From a virus (lineage: Duplodnaviria; Caudoviricetes): a stretch of DNA of 64,000 bases. The stretch spans positions 192,001-256,000 of IMG/VR virus record IMGVR_UViG_3300029288_005873, one strand, 5' to 3'. Every line of letters begins with the position of its first letter. Position 1 is the first letter of the stretch. Under the pieces are notes generated by a model. That model was not told the origin of the DNA. It saw only the letters and a program-made list of their open reading frames with translations, and did not search any database. Of this stretch, positions 36,652-45,295 are shown in pieces. Position numbers and translations under genes: made by a program.

Positions 36652-37209
36652 CTATTCGGTTTTTGCTTGTTCCTCAGCCAGTGGTAGAACTTGCTTTGTG
36701 ATCTTGATATCACAACATCGATTGTAGCCAGGACATTCGGTCAGATGATACGACGCTATCAGCATCTGTGATGCTGTTAGCGGAAAATCAAACAATTGTT
36801 TGCTATGAGTAACTCTCTCCTCTACTACATCCATAGATTCTCTCTGTCCCAATCCGGTTACTTCACGCAGTGCATGAACAGCACTAATCCTGTTTTGAGC
36901 CATCCATTCGATCGGAACTTCAACATACCAACACACCAGCAGACTTCTCAGAGGGACCATATCACTACATTTCTCAGACAACTCCAACTCGCCGATGCGT
37001 TGTTTGAGTTCCTTGACGTTCTTAACCCGTTCGCAGAGAGCTTTATCAAGAGCTTCAGCACGATCTTTACAGTACTCCAGATCCTTTGTGAGAGTCTGGA
37101 TTGTGCTCCACATCCTATCCCTCACCACTTCGAAAGCGTTGGCGAGATTGTTATCCACCTTGCGAAGCAAGGCAATCAACGCAATAAAGATCGTAAACAG
37201 GGCTTCCAT
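36652..37209 (-). CDS. coiled-coil protein with L7/L12-CTD-like domain
   Basis: RISAVHALREVTGLGQRESMDVVE; start re-assigned to MEALF. Confidence 0.55.
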   Translation of the reverse strand: MEALFTIFIALIALLRKVDNNLANAFEVVRDRMWSTIQTLTKDLEYCKDRAEALDKALCERVKNVKELKQRIGELELSEKCSDMVPLRSLLVCWYVEVPIEWMAQNRISAVHALREVTGLGQRESMDVVEERVTHSKQLFDFPLTASQMLIASYHLTECPGYNRCCDIKITKQVLPLAEEQAKTE

Positions 37210-37454
37210 GATATCTCCTGTATCGAATGTGTTGGACAGCTTATGGCTAAACCTCAGCCATCTTTCTGTATTTCTCTGAGAGAAGATCGGCAGCGACCTG
37301 AAGGTCCCAGTATTTGACTTTTCTGAGAGCCGAATACAAAGATATGGGAACTGTTGAGAATATGATATCGCCAAGCTCTGACAGCATGTCGATATTACAA
37401 TCCCAACTCTCCCATCTGATCGCTCTGTGTAGCGCCTCTTCTTTTGTCATGTCT

Positions 37455-37757
37455 TTATCCCACACAACCAGACTCCTGAATTTCATGTTCGCTTTGGATG
37501 AACAATCCAGGTCCAGTGTACAGCAGCGCATCAGGTAGTTTCTTTCCACCAGGACCCTCAGGTGTGATCACAATACATGAACGGTCGAAACTACGAAGCC
37601 AGCCGATCACGTAACTGGAGCCCCATGTGTCACACCTGACACGGATACGCGTATTGACAAGACCAATGAGGAATTTGTATATTAAGTCCTCATTGGTCTT
37701 TGGTTTTTGATTTCTGGTAGCGTTTTTTTGACTATTGCTACATCTCGCCTTCCCCAT
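37455..37757 (-). CDS. possible Hfq/Sm-fold RNA-binding protein
   Basis: FL..L....V......G.L.SFD..I.I....LLY pattern parallels the Hfq Sm1/Sm2 motifs. Confidence 0.45.
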   Translation of the reverse strand: MGKARCSNSQKNATRNQKPKTNEDLIYKFLIGLVNTRIRVRCDTWGSSYVIGWLRSFDRSCIVITPEGPGGKKLPDALLYTGPGLFIQSEHEIQESGCVG

Positions 37758-37767
37758 GGTCGTTCCT

Positions 37768-38184
37768 TTAGACCTTGGTCAGCTTGTACTTGATGCCGTC
37801 GATCTCGACCGTCTTCCCTTCACAGGTGGGCGGTTCCTGGAAGTTTTCCTCGTATTTCCAACCGTCCACTATGGGATCGTCTCCGTCCCAACCAACTTCC
37901 TTTTCCGATCCAAATACGGAGATGACCGCTTCGTATAACAGAATCAAGCCCTCATTCCTCAAGTTGTTGTTTTCGGCATAAATCTTATTGGCTTGGGCAA
38001 AGAGCCTATTGGCATGAGCATGTAGTTTGAGTGTCGAAGCTTTGACGGCTTTGTTTTTGGTGGCCTCGACATACATATGGTTTGCCGTAGCATAGAGCTT
38101 GTTGGCATCGTCGGCAGATTTCTTACATTCGGCGCGAATCTGACACAGCTTGTTGTAAGCCTCCTGAATCCTTTTGTTGTACAT
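37768..38184 (-). CDS. heptad-repeat protein (paralog of 13949..14526)
   Basis: ANxLYA repeats; C-terminus TCEGKTVEIDGIKYKLTKV. Confidence 0.7.
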   Translation of the reverse strand: MYNKRIQEAYNKLCQIRAECKKSADDANKLYATANHMYVEATKNKAVKASTLKLHAHANRLFAQANKIYAENNNLRNEGLILLYEAVISVFGSEKEVGWDGDDPIVDGWKYEENFQEPPTCEGKTVEIDGIKYKLTKV

Positions 38185-38195
38185 TCTCTACTCCT

Positions 38196-38687
38196 TTATG
38201 GTACTCGATTTGGATCATAACAACAGATAGTACCCCGTTGAATGGAAAAACCTTCACATGAGTCCTTCTGATAACAGCTTTCACAAGGAGATAGTGATAG
38301 GTTTCTCTTATCCTCTACCTCCCACCCGTTCAGTGCCGCCACAGCCTTCAGGATGTTGAGGAAACCAGTGATCCTATCTTTGTCCCAGTTCTTGTGGCTG
38401 AACCGAACGACCGTCCCGGTCGCGATCTCGTTTCCCATGCCATCGAAGAACGGAACGACGACACAGAACTCATTCCGCTCGATATACTCACGAGCTTCGT
38501 GATCCCATTTCTCGCTGTATACGTATTCCCCACACAGGAGAGACACGATGTGCCGAAAGATAGTGTGAGCTACGTCCATAAAACTCTGTCTTTCGCTCCC
38601 CGGACGCATGGATAACTCACAGATGGTCCCCGGCACATCATTATGAATGTGATACACACACACCTTGGAGATTTCGTTGATCTTCAT
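38196..38687 (-). CDS. hypothetical protein
   Basis: 163 aa ORF, AGGAGGGGAG RBS. Confidence 0.65.
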   Translation of the reverse strand: MKINEISKVCVYHIHNDVPGTICELSMRPGSERQSFMDVAHTIFRHIVSLLCGEYVYSEKWDHEAREYIERNEFCVVVPFFDGMGNEIATGTVVRFSHKNWDKDRITGFLNILKAVAALNGWEVEDKRNLSLSPCESCYQKDSCEGFSIQRGTICCYDPNRVP

Positions 38688-38699
38688 GTTCTCCCCTCC

Positions 38700-40205
38700 T
38701 TATGCTCTCGGCTGCTCCGTTGTGACCATGTAGCCGTCCTTGTCCACGATGCGTCTTCCAGACGCCGCCCCGATGGCGGAAGCCTCATCCTCCCACAGGC
38801 TCTCCACCCTTAGGTTGTCCGACACCACGGCGAAGAGACCCAGATGTAGGCGTCGGGAGTATGTCCTTCCGACCAGACCTCGGAAGTCCCCTCTCGCCGG
38901 AAGTCCTCCGATGGGACCGCAGGTCCCTTTCTCCAGAGCCGAAGGCTCCTTGATCTCTTCGGCAGGAGCCGAAGGCTCCTTGACCACGACCTCGTCCTTC
39001 ATGAAATTATCCCACGCTTTCGCCAGCTTCGCGGGCTCCCCTTCGGATACACCGAAGTTCAGCTTCAACTGCCGGAGAACCAACAGTTTCACGCAGCTTA
39101 GCTCCATGCCGGGGATGCTCAGGTTCCTGTACCCGGCACCCTTCTCCGGTTCCCCCTTGACTTTCTTTCCATCCACAAGAAGCGTGGGCTTGGGCTGTAG
39201 CTGAATCCTCACCTTCCTGCCGCCCTTCGGACGAGCAGACCCTCTCTCGACAGCCGACCGATGCTTCGTTCCAGCAACATCCCTGATCACGGATAGAACG
39301 GCGAATACATCATCGGGCGAGGCTCCGTCCACCTCGCAGTTACCGGCGTACACATAGTCGCCGTTGAAGTACTCGGTCAGCTGTACCCTCGTGTTCATTC
39401 CGCCTTCCTTGATAGGTGCGGAGCCGGCGCCTTGGCTGACCGCGGCGGCACTCCCATCTAGCTCGAGCTCACCAGACAGGGGGGATGCGCCGGGTTCCTT
39501 CGGCGCCGGCTCCGCATTCGGCTGCGAGGGCTCGGAGCCGGCGGCGGGCTTGGGCGGAGGAGGGTTGTTGATCGGAAAACCCCAGTCATCGTAGTTTGGT
39601 CGGAACGGAGGCTCGCCCGGTTTTCTCACCAGCGGAGGCGGAGCCTTCTCGTCCTCTTCATCCTCTGGGTCGAACTTGCGACCCGACCTCCACCCTGCTG
39701 CCATCTCCAGCCGGTCCAGCACCCCATCGGATGCCTCCAGAACCGACCTGGCTGCCCCCAGGTTTGCATCCGATACCGCCAGAAGCTCCCCAACATTCGC
39801 AACCGACAGGACCGCCTCCACGGACCTCACAGTAGCCTCGGGCGCCATGCGCCCGCCCCTCAGGTTCCACGGATCGGGCGTGTTGCGAACATCGATCGGG
39901 GCGGAGGCCTTGGGCATCCTGAACTCCCCAGAGTTCCCAGATGCCACACACACCTTCCCGTTCCCGCAGGACATCTCCACGTAGTCCTTGTATCCCCAGC
40001 AGGGAGCCGTAGCCGGCTCCCGGACTTTCCCCTGCGGAACCGTGAGGCTGCGGTCGGTCAACCACGCCTGCTCGTCAACCTCATCAGATAGGGCAGGACC
40101 GTAGGCATCCATGTCCCACCTCTCCGGTGCCTCGACATGGGCTCGGTCATGAAGCTCGTCGCGAACATCGTAGCCGGACACTACTTGGCGCATCTTTTTC
40201 TCCAT
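38700..40205 (-). CDS. large protein with Pro-rich linker
   Basis: 501 aa ORF with GC3-biased codons. Confidence 0.7.
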   Translation of the reverse strand: MEKKMRQVVSGYDVRDELHDRAHVEAPERWDMDAYGPALSDEVDEQAWLTDRSLTVPQGKVREPATAPCWGYKDYVEMSCGNGKVCVASGNSGEFRMPKASAPIDVRNTPDPWNLRGGRMAPEATVRSVEAVLSVANVGELLAVSDANLGAARSVLEASDGVLDRLEMAAGWRSGRKFDPEDEEDEKAPPPLVRKPGEPPFRPNYDDWGFPINNPPPPKPAAGSEPSQPNAEPAPKEPGASPLSGELELDGSAAAVSQGAGSAPIKEGGMNTRVQLTEYFNGDYVYAGNCEVDGASPDDVFAVLSVIRDVAGTKHRSAVERGSARPKGGRKVRIQLQPKPTLLVDGKKVKGEPEKGAGYRNLSIPGMELSCVKLLVLRQLKLNFGVSEGEPAKLAKAWDNFMKDEVVVKEPSAPAEEIKEPSALEKGTCGPIGGLPARGDFRGLVGRTYSRRLHLGLFAVVSDNLRVESLWEDEASAIGAASGRRIVDKDGYMVTTEQPRA

Positions 40206-40240
40206 GGGGTCCGAAGGACCCGAAAAGGTTGATCCCCCAG

Positions 40241-40888
40241 CTACCCCTGACGCTTCACTGTCGTCCTGCCCGGCTCCCTATCCAGAACCACAAGACCTCG
40301 CCTCATCGGCTCAGGCCTGGACTTGTCACCAGCTGAGAACTTCCATGCCTTGCCGTCTCGCGAACACGTCGGGTTACGACACTCGAAGCCATCCGCAGAC
40401 CTGCTGACCGACCACCTCTGACGGCAGTTCGGACACTTCGGCATCGTCTCAGACGGAGGTCCCGATACCATCACCATCTCTATCCCCCTATCCTCCTTGC
40501 CGCCCATGAAGTCCAGCACTCGATCAACATGCTTACACTCGTCTTCGGAACAAGGCGGTCCGCCCGGCTTCCTGCCATCACAGCACATCGAGGATACTAC
40601 CACACCATCCTTGTATGACAAGGACACGTAATGCATGATGGGAAACCACTTCACCCATCCGCACTCCCTCTTGTCCTCGCTACACCTTCCGTTTTTCAGG
40701 CATCCGTGGCACGTCGGATGCCAGTCAGAGACGCGGTATGCCCTGCTCCCCGTCCCAAGCCCGGCGGGAGCTTCGGGCTTAGGAGCCTTCGGCTCCTTGC
40801 CCATGATTCGGTCGATCGCCGCCCCTGTTTCCGCCAGCTTCGCCATCGTGGCAGCAAGTCTGGACCTCAGAACGTCAGATCGCCCCAT
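40241..40888 (-). CDS. multi-zinc-finger (SWIM-like plus ribbon) protein
   Basis: CHGC, CC..CKH, CPNC..C...C; start MGRSD after AAGGAGG. Confidence 0.6.
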   Translation of the reverse strand: MGRSDVLRSRLAATMAKLAETGAAIDRIMGKEPKAPKPEAPAGLGTGSRAYRVSDWHPTCHGCLKNGRCSEDKRECGWVKWFPIMHYVSLSYKDGVVVSSMCCDGRKPGGPPCSEDECKHVDRVLDFMGGKEDRGIEMVMVSGPPSETMPKCPNCRQRWSVSRSADGFECRNPTCSRDGKAWKFSAGDKSRPEPMRRGLVVLDREPGRTTVKRQG

Positions 40889-41096
40889 CGTTTCCTCCTT
40901 GGAATCTTCGGGCGTTGCCCTTGAAAACCTCAATACTCTGTGGGTCTCAAGGGCAGCCCCCGAAGGGCTGCTTAAATTCACTATCGTATTTTGGAGTCAC
41001 CGCTTAGTGCCAGGTCATACCATTCCTCTTCAGGTTAGGTTTTTCCTATTCGCACATGCGCTTCTCGCAGTTCTAGACGTGAATTTTTGAAGCTAC

Positions 41097-41364
41097 AACC
41101 TAGGGCCAGGTCATACTCTTTCCCTCGTTAGCAGGCTTTACAACTCATACCATATACACCTATATGGTACACACATACGCTTATATAAGTTTTAAACATG
41201 AATTTGGAGTTATAACCTAGGGCCAGGTCATACCTTTTCCCTCGTTAGCAGGCTTTACAACTCATACCATATACACCTATATGGTACACACATACGCTTA
41301 TATGTTTTAAACATGAATTTGGAGTTATAACCTAGGGCCAGGTCATACCTTTTCCCTCGTTAGC
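41097..41364. repeat. AT-rich tandem repeat, 115-117 bp unit x about 2.3
   Basis: AACCTAGGGCCAGGTCATAC at 41097, 41214 and 41329; internal TACCATATA/TATATGGTA palindrome. Confidence 0.92.
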
Positions 41365-41559
41365 GTGGATTTTGGGGTCTCTCCATTCGCCCATGCGCTT
41401 CTCGCAATCTTTGATGCTAAACAAAGACAAGAAACCACAGGTTACTTCGGGTGCTCTCGCCACGGCATTTGGTTTTTCCTTACGGGCATTAGTGCCCAAC
41501 TGCCTATGACTTCGATATACAAACTTCCCCTCGGGTCCTGCCTGCTGCCTCCCCCTCAG

Positions 41560-41655
41560 TGGCACCAAGTGGGTTTGAACCACCAGCCCTCTCTGTCCGA
41601 GAGTCGGATACTCGGGACCGGAGCCCCGGTTGCCCGCCCCTGTGGCGGTGGTGCC
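41560..41655 (-). ncRNA. 96-nt tRNA-like RNA downstream of rpsL
   Basis: GGCACCA/TGGTGCC acceptor + A, GGTGG-TTCAAAC-CCACT T arm, three or more internal hairpins, no 7-nt anticodon loop. Confidence 0.65.
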
Positions 41656-41715
41656 GAAACGGTGGGACCATAACCCTCGTTAAGCTATGGTCCCACCGTG
41701 CTGCTCAACACTTCC

Positions 41716-42120
41716 CTACTTCTTCGCCCGCTTCACCCCGTACTTGCTCCTGCTCTGGTTCCGGGGGTTCTTCTCACCACCGTTGCGGACCGTGTCTCCC
41801 GCAGCATCCGTCCCCTTGGCACCACGCACGATGTGATACTTCACACCGGGCAGGTCCTTCACCCTGCCGCCCCTGATCAGCACCGTCGAGTGCTCCTGCA
41901 GGTTGTGCCCGATTCCCGGGATGTACGCGATCACCGTGATCCCGTTCGACAGCCTCACCACCGCCACCTTGCGGTTCGCGGAGTTCGGCTTCTTCGGACC
42001 GACGGTGTACACCCTCAGGCACACACCCTTGCGCTGCGGACATCCCTGAAGCGCTGGCGCCTTGGATTTGTTCGCCAAACGCTTCCTACCTTGCCTCACC
42101 AGCTGGTTGATCGTCGGCAT
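41716..42120 (-). CDS. rpsL: 30S ribosomal protein S12 (uS12), phage-encoded
   Basis: [53 protein letters not shown]; GGAGG RBS. Confidence 0.97.
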   Translation of the reverse strand: MPTINQLVRQGRKRLANKSKAPALQGCPQRKGVCLRVYTVGPKKPNSANRKVAVVRLSNGITVIAYIPGIGHNLQEHSTVLIRGGRVKDLPGVKYHIVRGAKGTDAAGDTVRNGGEKNPRNQSRSKYGVKRAKK

Positions 42121-42442
42121 CTCCGTCCTCCTCTTCCTGAAGCATTGCGTCGATTTCCTCGATTTCATCCTCCGAGACACCATTGTCCAGGAGGATTTTC
42201 CTCATTTCCTCGATACTACACTCCTCGAGCACGATCTCCCTGCGATCACCCTTCTTCGCAAGGATGTGGTCCAGCTCCTTCTCATGCTTCGCCGCCTCGT
42301 GCCGCAGACGGTTGACGCACGAAAGAAGCTTCTCGTTCTTCACGTGAGCCTTCTTCAGAAGATCCATCATCTCCTCGGCCATCGATGATACCGTTGATAC
42401 CGCATCCAGACGCTCCGTGACCGAACTCGAATTCGAACCCAT
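42086..42442 (-). CDS. coiled-coil acidic protein overlapping the rpsL start
   Basis: 118 aa ORF, AAGGAG RBS, directly after twister 1. Confidence 0.65.
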   Translation of the reverse strand: MGSNSSSVTERLDAVSTVSSMAEEMMDLLKKAHVKNEKLLSCVNRLRHEAAKHEKELDHILAKKGDRREIVLEECSIEEMRKILLDNGVSEDEIEEIDAMLQEEEDGDADDQPAGEAR

Positions 42443-42481
42443 CGCTCATCTCCTTATCGGGCTGTAATCCTCACGTCCCTT

Positions 42482-42545
42482 TCCATCCCTCTGCGTTTTC
42501 ACGGGCTTGGGACCGTCGTCCCTTTGGGACGGCCGCATTGATGGA
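42482..42545 (-). ncRNA. twister ribozyme (type P1), copy 1
   Basis: UCCAU-CAA-UGCG-GC-CGUCCC/GGGACG-ACGG-UCCCAAGC-CCGU-GAAAA-CGCA-GAGGG-AUGGA. Confidence 0.9.
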
Positions 42546-42790
42546 GCCCGCCTAGCGCCTGGATGCGCATCGGCGGGCGGCACGGATATGTGCCTTGTGC
42601 GCTCCCCAATTGTATGATCCGCATGTCGGGGAATGTCTTCCTCTCGCTTAGCGGGGAAGCTCTGTCCCATGCGGACCGCCCCATGTAGACTGTCCGCTAG
42701 CTGGGGCGCAAATGCCAGCGGACCAAGTATGCTCAAATAGTGACGGGAATCTCATTCCCTCATCCCTTCTGATGCTGTAGCTATCAGCAC
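42546..42790 (-). ncRNA. candidate large pseudoknotted RNA ending at twister 1
   Basis: Intergenic; at least six stems and two loop-to-downstream complementarities (CGCCCCA/UGGGGCG, UCCCC/GGGGA). Confidence 0.5.
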
Positions 42791-42801
42791 CTATTTTTTC
42801 G

Positions 42802-43224
42802 TTAGTTCATCTTGGCGTCCATGGCGGCAACAACATCTGCCGCCATCTCCTCTACCGCCTTGTCGATCCCCATCTCATCGATCATCTCTTGGGCGCTGTC
42901 AGACAGACACATGACATTGACACCCTCCGGCACTAGGTCCAGGTCCTCCTCAGTGAAGAACCCAGCCTCGACCTTGGCGCGGTTCGGAGAGGCTAGGACC
43001 AAGTCCCTGTTGGGCATCTCCACCAGAATGCCGTCGTCCATCAGCTCCACAACCGCATACAGCATCTGTGACCGTCCGAGATCGTCCGAGCACATGTCGC
43101 AGAGCACCTCGAACGAGAAAGGCGCTTTCCTGCCCTCCACCAATCCGAACAGGAAAGCCTCCAGAACCTGGCTCCTCATTGTCTGATACCCGAATATCGC
43201 CTCTTCCGTCCTGTAAATCTTCAT
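42802..43224 (-). CDS. hypothetical protein (possible winged helix)
   Basis: 140 aa ORF, ATGA overlap. Confidence 0.6.
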   Translation of the reverse strand: MKIYRTEEAIFGYQTMRSQVLEAFLFGLVEGRKAPFSFEVLCDMCSDDLGRSQMLYAVVELMDDGILVEMPNRDLVLASPNRAKVEAGFFTEEDLDLVPEGVNVMCLSDSAQEMIDEMGIDKAVEEMAADVVAAMDAKMN

Positions 43225-43267
43225 GGTCGTCTCCCCTTGTATGATGAGGTGGACTCTCCCACGATCT

Positions 43268-43633
43268 CTAGCGCACTTTGAATCCAGCCTCCATGCATTT
43301 CCAGCGCGGAACTTCGGCTCCTACGGAGCCCATGAACCGTTCCGAGAGAAGCCGCGCTGAGAATTCGTCCCTCGTCATCGCGAACGCCAGAACCGCACAC
43401 CACCCCTCCTGCTTGGCCAGGTCCATCGTCAGCAGCTCCATGGGAATGCTCCTGGCGCTGGACAGGGAATTGTTGTCCGTGTCGCTGAGCTTCAGCAGCA
43501 TCTCCAGACCGCTGAGGACCTGTTCCATGTGCGATTCCATGGCATCATCGGTCACGTTATTGCTGACCCAAAGCCGGAGAGACACTACCAGTCCAGCTAT
43601 GAGATCCCTGTTTACCGGAACCATGACTTTCAT
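43268..43633 (-). CDS. hypothetical protein
   Basis: Start MKVMVP after AGGAGG. Confidence 0.6.
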   Translation of the reverse strand: MKVMVPVNRDLIAGLVVSLRLWVSNNVTDDAMESHMEQVLSGLEMLLKLSDTDNNSLSSARSIPMELLTMDLAKQEGWCAVLAFAMTRDEFSARLLSERFMGSVGAEVPRWKCMEAGFKVR

Positions 43634-43720
43634 GTCGTTCCTCCTAGGGTTGTACACCTTTCCAGGAAAATTTCTCCTGGACCGAAATGCCGATCTGAGT
43701 TTTGGGAAAAACGCTAAGGC

Positions 43721-43948
43721 TCAGAAGTCAGAGTGCTCCTTTGTGCGGTAGTTAACCACATCCTCCACAAACTCCTGAATGGAACCTACCCACACTTGGA
43801 TATACTCCGGCAGCCCGAAGGGACGAATTATGTTCTCTGGCTTTGTCCCCTCTGGCACCACACCCAACAGCTCGGGTGAACTGTATGAGCCGCCTATCCA
43901 GCAAACCACGAGCGGTTTCGGTTTGACACGTCTTACCTTGTCAGCCAT
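43721..43948 (-). CDS. hypothetical protein
   Basis: 75 aa ORF. Confidence 0.55.
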   Translation of the reverse strand: MADKVRRVKPKPLVVCWIGGSYSSPELLGVVPEGTKPENIIRPFGLPEYIQVWVGSIQEFVEDVVNYRTKEHSDF

Positions 43949-43986
43949 GGCTTTAACACCTTTTGGCTATTTTTCAGCCACGCATT

Positions 43987-44016
43987 AAAAGCCCCCCAGG
44001 AGGTATTCTGGGGGCT
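43987..44016 (-). terminator. intrinsic terminator
   Basis: GC-rich stem AGCCCCCAG../..CTGGGGGGCT followed by a T run on the minus strand. Confidence 0.75.
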
Positions 44017-44053
44017 CTATGGCTCCGGGTCCTGCGGACCCATCCATGCTTTT

Positions 44054-44260
44054 CTACGTCCCCGCCGTTTCCGCAGCCTCATTGAGGGCTCGGGAGATCC
44101 TTTTGCTGAGCTGGGTCGGGGTCATATTCTCCAAGGCTGCCTCCAGGAGGTTGCCTGCTGCTTCGAGGAGGGTTCGTGTTACGCGATCAAGTTCCAGCTC
44201 GGCGATTGTCCACGTCTCCGCCATCATGGTAGCGACGCTTTCCCTCTGCTCTTTGGTCAT
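44054..44260 (-). CDS. small helical protein
   Basis: 68 aa ORF, AAGGA RBS, directly after twister 2. Confidence 0.65.
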   Translation of the reverse strand: MTKEQRESVATMMAETWTIAELELDRVTRTLLEAAGNLLEAALENMTPTQLSKRISRALNEAAETAGT

Positions 44261-44284
44261 GGCGTTGTCCTTTCACCTACATTT

Positions 44285-44349
44285 CCCCACCCCTCCGCAT
44301 TTGCACGGGCTTGGGACCGTCGTCCCGAAGGGACGGCTGCGTTATGGGA
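44285..44349 (-). ncRNA. twister ribozyme (type P1), copy 2
   Basis: UCCCA-UAA-CGCA-GC-CGUCCC/GGGACG-ACGG-UCCCAAGC-CCGU-GCAAA-UGCG-GAGGGG-UGGGG. Confidence 0.92.
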
Positions 44350-44417
44350 GGGGCGCGAGGCGCCCCTTTATGTAGGACCTCCGGTCCTTGGTAGGGGAGT
44401 TGTAGAGCTTCTAGCTC

Positions 44418-44882
44418 TTAGTCGGTGGTGGGGCGCTCGGCGGGGCGGTCGTCGTCCCAGGTATCGGAGCCGATGGCGACGACGGAGCAGCTGAGCTGGA
44501 GGGCGAGACCGGCGACAGTGGCTTTGCCGTTGGCGTAGAAGCCGCACTTGCCGGAGGCGAAGATACGGGCGGTGGCGACGGTCTGGTCGATTTTGAGGGA
44601 CTTGAGGGTCTGGGGCTCGAGGGCGAGGAACTTCTGGATATCCTCGTCCTTGAGGCGTTTGGGGTCATCGGGCTTGGAGTGGGCGAGGGTGACGTTGAGG
44701 GAGACCTGGAAGGTCTTGGGCTCTCCGGCGACGTCGAGGGTGACCTTGCCGTTGTGGTTGAACCCCACCGAGCCGGTGGAGTTGGTGCGGGGCTCCATGG
44801 CACCGACGCCCAGCTGCTTGAGGCTGATGCTGCCCATGGTCAGGACGTCGCTCTTGAACCCCTCGGTCTGCTTCTTCGACAT
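44418..44882 (-). CDS. tandem FxTGSxG-domain protein between two twister ribozymes
   Basis: Paralog of 29477..29947; strongly C/G-ending codons; AAGGAG RBS. Confidence 0.75.
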   Translation of the reverse strand: MSKKQTEGFKSDVLTMGSISLKQLGVGAMEPRTNSTGSVGFNHNGKVTLDVAGEPKTFQVSLNVTLAHSKPDDPKRLKDEDIQKFLALEPQTLKSLKIDQTVATARIFASGKCGFYANGKATVAGLALQLSCSVVAIGSDTWDDDRPAERPTTD

Positions 44883-44923
44883 GGTACATTCTCCTTCGGG
44901 ACCTTTGGTCCCATGTTAGGGTT

Positions 44924-44988
44924 GCGCCCCTCTGCGTTCGTCCGGGCTTGGGACCGGCGCCTCACCATTGAGGCGGCCGCATTGGCGC
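44924..44988 (-). ncRNA. twister ribozyme (type P1), copy 3
   Basis: GCGC-CAA-UGCG-GC-CGCCUCA/UGAGGCG-CCGG-UCCCAAGC-CCGG-ACGAA-CGCA-GAGGG-GCGC. Confidence 0.9.
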
Positions 44989-45086
44989 TGGAGGGGTTGA
45001 GTATCAGAGCCCCCTCCGGGCTCCGGGGTTGGGCCAGGCTATGCGCCCCCTTCCAACCACTGGCGGCGTCCCGCCAGATGAGATGT

Positions 45087-45266
45087 CTATCGCGTGATTC
45101 CCATCAACTGCTCGGCCTTCCTCGTGTTCCTGGTCCTGTAGTGGAGGGGGCGGCATTTATTGATGTCCCCAGCAGCCCTCCTACGGCTTGGCGGACAGAT
45201 CTCCACCTCCACCGTTTGCCCATCAATCACCTCGATGCGGACATTCTTGGCTTTCATCGCCTTCAT
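45087..45266 (-). CDS. small basic protein (59 aa, below ORF-track cutoff)
   Basis: MKAMKAKNVRIEVIDGQTVEVEICPP..; first ORF after promoter-like motif copy 2. Confidence 0.5.
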   Translation of the reverse strand: MKAMKAKNVRIEVIDGQTVEVEICPPSRRRAAGDINKCRPLHYRTRNTRKAEQLMGITR

Positions 45267-45295
45267 CCTTGGCAGCGATTTTCCCTCGCGGGTTC

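Noticed and set aside
41097-41364. CRISPR array
   Set aside because: Whole units repeat; there are no unique spacers and no cas genes
41716-42120. Bacterial chromosome (str operon) origin of the window
   Set aside because: No rpsG, fusA or tuf; flanks are phage-type small genes, repeats and ribozymes
44411-44803. Ser/Pro/Thr-rich 130-aa ORF
   Set aside because: Alternate-frame artefact of the codon-biased 44418..44882 gene
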